From assembly GCA_937921685.1 (NCBI GenBank), contig CAKZUF010000014.1, positions 4,219-28,218 of the forward strand: a stretch of 24,000 bases of DNA, written 5' to 3'. Shown one piece after another: positions 1-6,402 of the stretch. This DNA is from an uncultured archaeon (GTDB taxonomy: Archaea; Thermoproteota; Nitrososphaeria_A; Caldarchaeales; Calditenuaceae). Each line of letters begins with the position of its first letter. Within the stretch, counting starts at the first letter, position 1. The translations under genes and the position numbers were made by a program. The notes below the pieces were generated by a model. The model did not search any database. It was not told the DNA's origin and was given only the letters and a program-made list of their open reading frames with translations.

Positions 1-59
1 AGGGCGCCGGCCAGCAGCAGCACTACGTTAACCAGCAGACCCTCTACGGTAATGTCCAT
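1..59 (-). CDS. 5' end of a gene that continues beyond the left edge (hydrophobic N-terminus, product unknown)
   Basis: ATG at 59..57 on the minus strand with the frame open to position 1. It translates to MDITVEGLLVNVVLLLAGA. Only 19 codons are visible. Confidence 0.25.
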   Translation of the reverse strand, partial: MDITVEGLLVNVVLLLAGA

Positions 60-189
60 GGCTACATATTATGTATGCAAGGGATACTTATGCTTTACAA
101 GGATACAAGGACTTCATGGTTAGTAGACCTTCCTGGCCATGGGAATAGGGTTTTTTACCAGCCTATACATCTAGAATGCACTAAACGGC

Positions 190-1299
190 TTGATACTCGG
201 CCCTGAATCCTATGGAGATAGGCTCGAAGCGATTAACAACATAGTTAGGACCAATCTTCCTGTTCGCGAGGCAGTCTATGTCGAGGGTGTCTTGACTTTC
301 AAGGTCATGACGAGAGAGATTAAGGAAAGCTTCAAGACAATATACTCGGAGCTTTCCCGCATAGGCTTTGTCCCAGTCGCACAGGATGTCGAGGGTGAAG
401 TAATGTTAAAGATCTATCCCTACACCTCACCGGGGAGGCGTAGAAGCAGGTGGCCACTAATCCTGTTTATCGTCACCGTCTTCACGGTCTTTGTCGATGG
501 TGTGATAAGGTCGGGGGGAATAGATGCTTTCCCGGCTGGCCCGAGATTTTGGGAAGCCGTCGCCTACACCGTCGGTGTTCTTTCCATAATAGGGATACAC
601 GAGCTCGGGCACAAGGTCTCTGCATGGCAGGACAGGATCGACTCCAGTCTGCCATACTTTATACCGGGCATCCCCGGCGTTATGCCGACATTCGGAGCCA
701 TAATCTTCCAGCGTGGGCCGATACGGAACAGGGATGACTTATTCGATCTGGGTGTAAGTGGACCTATAGCGGGTTTCCTTGCGAGCTTGGTCGTGATGGC
801 GTTTGCATTCCAGCAGGCTGAGTGGGTTGAGAGGAGGGTTGTCGAGGAGTTAGTCCAGCGTGGAGCCGTCTCACTCCTACCTTCCCCCCTCATCTTCAAT
901 CTAGCCAACACCATATTCTCGCAAGGTGATCTCGTCCCCATCTTCCCCGCTGTAGGATTCGCCGCTTGGCTGGGAATGGTGGTGACCAGCCTAAACCTTC
1001 TACCCGTCTGGCAACTAGACGGCGGCAGGATATTCAGAAGCCTCACAAGCTTCAAGCGTTACAGGCTACTCTCCTTCATCTCAGTCGGAATACTATTCAT
1101 GACAGGCTACTACTATCTCTCACTCTTACTACTCTTCTTCCTAATGACGCCGATAGATTTTGCACCACTAGACATGGTCTCGCCCCTCTCAAAGTTCCGA
1201 AAGATCTCCTTCATGGGCGTAATTCTGATGCTTGTTGTTACATTTGTGATCCTTCCGGGGCCACTCCTAGGACTCCTCTCTTCACTACTACGCTTCTAG
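190..1299 (+). CDS. site-2 protease family (peptidase M50) intramembrane zinc metalloprotease
   Basis: HExxH motif (GIHELGHKVSA) and second M50 motif NLLPVWQLDGGR. Several hydrophobic segments. The start is TTG at 190, the first start codon after the in-frame stop at 172-174. The nearby ATG at 176 is out of frame, so the start is uncertain. Confidence 0.85.
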   Translation: MILGPESYGDRLEAINNIVRTNLPVREAVYVEGVLTFKVMTREIKESFKTIYSELSRIGFVPVAQDVEGEVMLKIYPYTSPGRRRSRWPLILFIVTVFTVFVDGVIRSGGIDAFPAGPRFWEAVAYTVGVLSIIGIHELGHKVSAWQDRIDSSLPYFIPGIPGVMPTFGAIIFQRGPIRNRDDLFDLGVSGPIAGFLASLVVMAFAFQQAEWVERRVVEELVQRGAVSLLPSPLIFNLANTIFSQGDLVPIFPAVGFAAWLGMVVTSLNLLPVWQLDGGRIFRSLTSFKRYRLLSFISVGILFMTGYYYLSLLLLFFLMTPIDFAPLDMVSPLSKFRKISFMGVILMLVVTFVILPGPLLGLLSSLLRF

Positions 1300-2306
1300 C
1301 CTGTTGCCAGCATGCGGAGGTCTGTGTGCAATCCCTCCCGAACTAGTAGCATCCTGTGGCCCCGTCCATGAAGCCTGAGTAGTTGGGTGAAGCCCTCCTG
1401 CAACGTCTCGAACGTCTTGAGTCCTAGTAGCAACCTGGCAAGGCTCCGTGGAAGGGCGGTGACTAGGTAAGTCCTATAGCTCCGAAGAGCGGACGCTAGC
1501 TCAGCTGCCACGAGTCTATATGGATTAGCATCCAAGTTTAGCTCGCCTTCCGGACCTGCTTTTAGGGTCTCGTAGAGTTGCCGTACAAACTCAGGCGGTC
1601 CCAGCCCCTCCTTACACTCTGAGACCGAGAGTATCGTGGCCCCCTCCCCGCATGCTGGTGATGAGAGGATGATGGACTGGGCTGCTAGGTAGAAGGTGGA
1701 ATCTAGAGGTGTCTTACCAGGCGAGACTATGACCGAGTCGAATACAGGAAGTTTTTGGCCTGTCCTATTATTCTGGGTCCAGATGCCCTGGACTAAGCCA
1801 TCGAGGCTAAAAGAGATCTCCACAGGAAAGAGATTGATGCGGATGGGGTCGAAGCAATTGATTCCATGGATTTTGAATAGCCATGCGAGGTATTCATTTT
1901 GGCTTGTGGCTATTCTGTTTAGGAGCAGCCTCGATGTGACAGGATATGTGAGTATAGCTGACTCTGGGTTTTGAGTCTCCTGGGCTAGCTCTCTGAGCGG
2001 TGCGAGGGGAGGCTTCTTCTCCAGCCTCTCCAGCTCTGCTATCGACTCACCAACCCTCTCCAGCCCAAGCCGCCAGGACGAGACATAGGCGATCTTACAC
2101 GACTCGGCCAGCCTCTCGAGCAATGCCTTATAGGCTGTTGGTGGGGGCAGGTAGTCGATGAAGAGGTATGGCGTATCCGGCATGGCTGAGACCCTAGACA
2201 ACACCTCTTCATTGGAAAGAGGAGTTAGTTTGGGGGTTGTGACTGATAGTTCGGGTGGGGCTTCGAAGAAGACCTCGGTGCTGCCCCACGGGATCCAATA
2301 CTCCAT
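1296..2306 (-). CDS. LarA-fold (lactate racemase / DUF2088-like) protein, apparently lacking the canonical catalytic residues
   Basis: N-terminus MEYWIPWGSTEVFFEAPPE resembles the LarA N-terminal strand. The C-terminal half aligns by eye with LarA (SPGKTPLDSTFYLAAQS vs GGYPLDQNIYQAVKG; GATILSVSECKEGLGPPEF vs GGTIIMVAGARDGHGGEGF). It is 336 aa versus about 424 aa for LarA. Its ATG lies 6 nt after the gnd stop. Confidence 0.5.
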   Translation of the reverse strand: MEYWIPWGSTEVFFEAPPELSVTTPKLTPLSNEEVLSRVSAMPDTPYLFIDYLPPPTAYKALLERLAESCKIAYVSSWRLGLERVGESIAELERLEKKPPLAPLRELAQETQNPESAILTYPVTSRLLLNRIATSQNEYLAWLFKIHGINCFDPIRINLFPVEISFSLDGLVQGIWTQNNRTGQKLPVFDSVIVSPGKTPLDSTFYLAAQSIILSSPACGEGATILSVSECKEGLGPPEFVRQLYETLKAGPEGELNLDANPYRLVAAELASALRSYRTYLVTALPRSLARLLLGLKTFETLQEGFTQLLRLHGRGHRMLLVREGLHTDLRMLATG

Positions 2307-2312
2307 CCCCTA

Positions 2313-3713
2313 TCACTCACTGCTGCGTCCCCAGTCTGAGTGGAAGTATCCCTCCCTGTCCACCCTCTTAAACATGTGTCCGCCGAAATAGTCCCTGATT
2401 CCCTGTATCAGGTTTGCAGGCAGCCTCTCAGACCTCAAGGATAGATAGTAGGAGAGGGCGCTCATGGAGGCTGGTGTGGGGATTCTCATTCTGGATGCGT
2501 CTGTGATGAATTGGAGCCAGTGTGGCATCAGCTCCTCGATCTGAGGTATGCTCTTATCGAGAGTCACTGACGCAGGATCGCCCGGAGACCATGAAAGCTC
2601 CCTGTAAAGCTCTTCAACAATCCTAGACCTTATTATGCAACCAGCCCGCCATACTCGGAGGGCCTCTGAAACCCTGAAACCATAGATCCGAGCTCCTGCT
2701 TGGAGGAGTGATATGCCTTGGATGTAGGAGAGGAGTGTCGTGACGAGTAGCGCGCTTCTGGCTGCCTCCACAGCCTCTTCCACATTCTTATCTCTGTTGA
2801 ATCCTACTCCTTCCCTGGGTCTCCTGAGTATACGCTGGGTCGTGAGGGTCCTCTCGTTCACGGCCGCAGCTATGGTAGGGGCTGAGACCCCCAGCTCCAT
2901 GGCGGCCTCGACCGCCCATCTGCCTGTCCCCTTCTGCTCCGCCTCATCCAAGATTAGCTCAACAAGCGGCTTACCAGTTTCAGTGTCAATGTACTTTAGA
3001 ACTCTTGCCGCCGCCTCAAGCAGAAATGAGCGGAGAATACCCCTCCCCCAGTCCTCAAAGACGGAGCCAACCTCCCCAGTCGAGAGGCCAACTCCTCTCG
3101 CGAGATAGTCATATGCCTCGGCTATCGCCTGCATTATCGCATACTCGATGCCGTTGTGTACGATCTTGACGAAGTGTCCTCCCCCGCCCTCTCCGAAGTA
3201 GCTGACGCATCTTGAGTTCTCGAAGACCGCTGCGGCGCGCCCTATCTTATTCTCTGCCTCGACATAGGCGGAGAAGTCTCCTCCAAACATCATGGATGGG
3301 CCTTTTAACGCCCCTTCCTCTCCACCACTCACACCCACGCCCAGAAATCTAATACCCCTACCCCTAAGTTCGGCAAATCTCCTGTCGGAGTCCCTGTAAT
3401 GCGAGTTGCCACAGTCCATGATAATGTCTCCCTTCTCGAGCATGCCTGTCAAAGTCTCAACCACCTCGTCTACCGGCCTTCCAGCCTTCACGAATAGCAC
3501 AATCATCCTAGGCTTTGAGAGAGATCTCACAAACTCCTTCAAATCCGTGAAGCCCTGTATTCTCCTACCCTTGGCCCTGCCTTGGAGAAACTGTGTTGTT
3601 CTCTCGGCAGTTCTGTTATAGACGGCCACGGCGAGGCCCCTGCTTTCAAGGTTGAGGGCGAATGCCTCGCCCATCACGCCCAAACCGTAGACCCCCACAT
3701 CCAGCGCGTTCAA
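2313..3713 (-). CDS. gnd: 6-phosphogluconate dehydrogenase, decarboxylating
   Basis: Rossmann N-terminus VGVYGLGVMGEAFALNLESRG. Also GVGVSGGEEGALKGPSMMFGG, HFVKIVHNGIEYAIMQ and C-terminal IRDYFGGHMF. Full length at 466 aa. TTG start 3 nt after the upstream stop. Confidence 0.9.
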   Translation of the reverse strand: MNALDVGVYGLGVMGEAFALNLESRGLAVAVYNRTAERTTQFLQGRAKGRRIQGFTDLKEFVRSLSKPRMIVLFVKAGRPVDEVVETLTGMLEKGDIIMDCGNSHYRDSDRRFAELRGRGIRFLGVGVSGGEEGALKGPSMMFGGDFSAYVEAENKIGRAAAVFENSRCVSYFGEGGGGHFVKIVHNGIEYAIMQAIAEAYDYLARGVGLSTGEVGSVFEDWGRGILRSFLLEAAARVLKYIDTETGKPLVELILDEAEQKGTGRWAVEAAMELGVSAPTIAAAVNERTLTTQRILRRPREGVGFNRDKNVEEAVEAARSALLVTTLLSYIQGISLLQAGARIYGFRVSEALRVWRAGCIIRSRIVEELYRELSWSPGDPASVTLDKSIPQIEELMPHWLQFITDASRMRIPTPASMSALSYYLSLRSERLPANLIQGIRDYFGGHMFKRVDREGYFHSDWGRSSE

Positions 3714-3716
3714 TCC

Positions 3717-4070
3717 CTATTGGGCCACCCTCTTTTCTCGGGGATGGTCAACTATTTTTAGGGCATCCTTACCAGCGTAGACCTCGTCTCCCAAAATGAC
3801 TATAGGGCGTATAAGCCTCTTAGGCTCGAGCCTAAGCTTCTCCAGAAACCTCTCAAACCCCTCAACATCATAAATCTTCTTCGCCTCCGCCTTACCGACC
3901 CTAACAACACCCTCAGCACCGTACTTCTCCACGAGCTCTTTTAGAACCCTCTTCTCCGGAGGGTTCTTGATTATGTCTATAAATTTAAGCTCCAGCCCGT
4001 GCGACGTTAGAGCCCTTTCAACCTCCCTGCTCGTCTTACACCGTTTATAGCCATAGAAGATGATGCTCAT
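3717..4070 (-). CDS. ArsC/Spx/YffB-family thioredoxin-fold protein
   Basis: N-terminal IIFYGYKRCKTSREVERAL (Cys in the first loop) and C-terminal LIRPIVILG, in 117 aa. This pattern is typical of the ArsC family (PF03960-like). Recognised by eye only. Confidence 0.6.
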   Translation of the reverse strand: MSIIFYGYKRCKTSREVERALTSHGLELKFIDIIKNPPEKRVLKELVEKYGAEGVVRVGKAEAKKIYDVEGFERFLEKLRLEPKRLIRPIVILGDEVYAGKDALKIVDHPREKRVAQ

Positions 4071-4077
4071 GAGAGGG

Positions 4078-5112
4078 TCACTCTGAAGTGATCCTTATCG
4101 GTATTCGGAGGCTCTCGTAGTACTCCCTTACCCAGGGCAGTATCTCCCTCCCAAGCAGGTTTAGGAACTTCTCCTCGTCTGGCGAGGAGCTGTGGATGAA
4201 TACTCTATCAAAGCCGAGCTTGAGGAATTCTCCGAGCGCCTTATAGATGTCGTCTGGATCGCTCGTTATTAGCCAAGTCTTCTTAATCTTCTCAACCTCG
4301 CTCTCACCAACCATTGCCTCAAGTTCACGCGGGTCTGCGACCCTCTCCCTCTTCTCCCTTGGAATAGCGGTGGGGGCCCAGAAGAGGGCGCCTCCAAGCG
4401 CCTTATCATAGTCGGGATCATATGAGACTTTAAACTCCATACACTTGCTGAGGGTCGATATATCCTTCCCAGCCTTCTTGGCACCGTCTTCGAGGGATTT
4501 CACTATCAGCTCATAGTTCTCGAGTCCGCGGGGATTCGTGAGAATTCCGTCGGCGTATTGTCCAGCTATCTCAGCCACTTTCCTATCCGCGGTGGCAATG
4601 TATAGTTTGATATGCTTCTTTGGCTTGGTGTATAGCTTAGCCTTTACTAGGCGGTAGTATTTTCCCTCATAGTCTACAAAGTCTCCGCGCCAGAGGAGCT
4701 GGATTATCTCTACCGCCTCCTTCAACCTCTCAACTTTTTCTTTATAGCTGGGCCACTGGAACCCGAGTGGCACCTCATTCATAGCATGCCCGGTGCCTAC
4801 TGTTAGGAAGATGCGCCCGGGATACATGTAGTCGAGGGTTGCGAAGGCTTGGGCTACGATGGCCGGATGGTACCTGAAAAGAGGGGTTGTGACTGCAGTA
4901 CCAACCTCAACCCCCTTCAGCCTCTCCGCAACCGCCGTCATCCATATCCAAGGGTGTGCGGAATGGCCCCCATTGTCCCTCCACGGGTGGAAGTGGTCGC
5001 TCGTCACAATAGTGTCGAAGCCCACGATGGAAGCATGTATCGCGAACTCCATAAGCCTGTCTGGCGGATACTGCTCCTGCGCTACCCAGTAGCCGAGGCT
5101 GATACCCCTCAT
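4078..5112 (-). CDS. luciferase-like (LLM) F420-dependent oxidoreductase of the glucose-6-phosphate dehydrogenase (Fgd) family
   Basis: Collinear blocks shared with actinobacterial Fgd: TSDHFHPW, TPLFRYHPAIVAQAFATLDYMYPGRIFLTVGTG, YYRL, VSYDPDYDKA, FWAP, WLITSDPD. I place the start at ATG 5112, preceded by GAGGGGGTG. The track start at 5184 adds 24 non-conserved residues. Confidence 0.8.
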   Translation of the reverse strand: MRGISLGYWVAQEQYPPDRLMEFAIHASIVGFDTIVTSDHFHPWRDNGGHSAHPWIWMTAVAERLKGVEVGTAVTTPLFRYHPAIVAQAFATLDYMYPGRIFLTVGTGHAMNEVPLGFQWPSYKEKVERLKEAVEIIQLLWRGDFVDYEGKYYRLVKAKLYTKPKKHIKLYIATADRKVAEIAGQYADGILTNPRGLENYELIVKSLEDGAKKAGKDISTLSKCMEFKVSYDPDYDKALGGALFWAPTAIPREKRERVADPRELEAMVGESEVEKIKKTWLITSDPDDIYKALGEFLKLGFDRVFIHSSSPDEEKFLNLLGREILPWVREYYESLRIPIRITSE

Positions 5113-5190
5113 CCGCGGATACACCCCCTCCTGCCAAATATATCTGTAATCCGTCTCGAGCGGCAGAGTAATTAAACAAAACACGCTAGA

Positions 5191-5877
5191 ATGGGATGGG
5201 CAGGTAGAAAGCCTTTGAGGCTCGTCCTACTCTCCCATAAGCTGGGGAGAAGTACTCCACTCTACCCCGGAACACCCCCAATACAGCTCACACACTACAG
5301 GAGCATCGAGCGCGGGGACTCAAGCAACCTCTGGATCATCAGCATGGCCAATCACACCGGCACCCACGTCGATGCGCCAAACCACTTCTACAGGGACGGT
5401 CGAAAAATATCTGATTACTCGCTGGAGGAGCTCGTCTTTGAGAACGTCCGACTGATCGATATACCGAAGCAGCCGGGTGGAGAGGTCTTGGCCGAGGATT
5501 TGGAGCCGTACAGGGAGATTATTCAAGCCTGTAGCCTGCTCTTAATCAGGACCGGTCTCCAGGCCCACAGGGACAAGGATCCAGAGGCATACGCTTGCAA
5601 GGGCCTCCTCTTCTCACCTTCAGCCGCCAAGTTTCTCAAAGACTCGTCCCCCAACCTCAAGGGTCTCGGAATCGACGCAATCAGCGTCTCCACGCCTCTG
5701 CGGAGAAACGAGGGGCGAGAAAGCCATAGAATACTCCTGTCTGACAACCGGTTCCTAATAATCGAGGATATGGACCTTGCTGGCAAGCCTAACGCCTACA
5801 GGTACGTTATCTTGGCACCACTCTTTTTAGACGAGGTCGACAGCGCTCCCTGCACCGCCATCGGAGTCACCGATTGA
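5191..5877 (+). CDS. cyclase-family metal-dependent hydrolase (kynurenine formamidase / isatin hydrolase-like)
   Basis: Signature HTGTHVDAPNHF (HxGTHxDxPxH), N-terminal LSHKL...PLYPGTPP, 228 aa. Divergent from the fgd-like gene across a 78-nt A/T-rich spacer. Confidence 0.75.
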   Translation: MGWAGRKPLRLVLLSHKLGRSTPLYPGTPPIQLTHYRSIERGDSSNLWIISMANHTGTHVDAPNHFYRDGRKISDYSLEELVFENVRLIDIPKQPGGEVLAEDLEPYREIIQACSLLLIRTGLQAHRDKDPEAYACKGLLFSPSAAKFLKDSSPNLKGLGIDAISVSTPLRRNEGRESHRILLSDNRFLIIEDMDLAGKPNAYRYVILAPLFLDEVDSAPCTAIGVTD

Positions 5878-6280
5878 GGCCACTAAGACTCCTTAGCCTC
5901 TTCGACAGCCTCTCGACCTCTCCCTTAAAGTCTAGGCTGCCATGTCTGATCAACCCGCCACCCATCGTCTTGGGTATGTGAAGTAGCTCGTGAAGTATGA
6001 CTTCCACCTTGTCTTCACTCGACAACCTGTCAAAGACCTCCGAGACAAACTCAATCACGTAGCAGGGGCGGAGGCCGAGACCAGCCCATAACGCCCTGCT
6101 CCCAGCATGGACGCGTGCGGCTACGCTCCTAGACCTGGTCTCATAGCTTCTAACACACTTAATCCTAGTGTAGTCGAGATAGACGAGCCCAACGCGCGAC
6201 CCAATCTCTTTAACATACTCCTCGAGTGATCTGTCCCTCACATATCTAGCCATCGCCAGGACCCAGCCCCGCCGCCTCAT
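5867..6280 (-). CDS. small predicted zinc metallopeptidase (HExxH)
   Basis: VILHELLHIPKTMGGGLIRH contains HExxH followed by a downstream His. The 137-aa size resembles small archaeal predicted metallopeptidases. Its 3' end overlaps the convergent cyclase gene by 11 nt. Confidence 0.5.
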   Translation of the reverse strand: MRRRGWVLAMARYVRDRSLEEYVKEIGSRVGLVYLDYTRIKCVRSYETRSRSVAARVHAGSRALWAGLGLRPCYVIEFVSEVFDRLSSEDKVEVILHELLHIPKTMGGGLIRHGSLDFKGEVERLSKRLRSLSGLNR

Positions 6281-6340
6281 TTAACTGTATAGCGAGAGAT
6301 GCGACAAAAGATATAACCAACAGCCCAAAGGCCCATTAGT

Positions 6341-6396
6341 GGGATGATGACCAACGTCCACGCCGAGTCGTGAGGCGTCGATGGGCAGTCTGACCC
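6341..6396 (+). ncRNA. C/D box sRNA candidate (2'-O-methylation guide)
   Basis: GGG (6341-43), C box AUGAUGA (6344-50), 12-nt guide CCAACGUCCACG, D' CCGA (6363-66), 3-nt spacer, degenerate C' GUGAGGC (6370-76), 13-nt guide GUCGAUGGGCAGU, D box CUGA (6390-93), CCC (6394-96) closing a terminal stem. Intergenic. Confidence 0.6.
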
Positions 6397-6402
6397 CCCT
6401 AC

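Noticed and set aside
1296-1299. Convergent S2P and LarA-like genes share overlapping stop codons within the palindrome CTAG.
   Set aside because: It is real in the sequence but is a trivial consequence of gene packing. No regulatory meaning can be argued.
5113-5184. Longer start for the fgd-like ORF (MFCLITLPLETDYRYIWQEGVYPR).
   Set aside because: Homology to the Fgd family begins just after Met25. ATG 5112 has a GAGGGGGTG SD-like element upstream. The longer form would leave only a 6-nt gap to the divergent gene.
450-5526. Many 60-160-aa alternative-frame or antisense ORFs in the track. Examples: 450-737, 564-1055, 966-1346, 1696-1974, 2740-3108, 3406-3621, 4269-4484, 4849-5179, 5320-5786. 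Similar ones occur inside valS, ftsZ, cofE, metG, sucC, sod, tyrA and the GATase gene.
   Set aside because: Each is nested within a longer ORF that has clear family motifs. Their Arg/Ser/Pro-rich composition is typical of off-frame translation.
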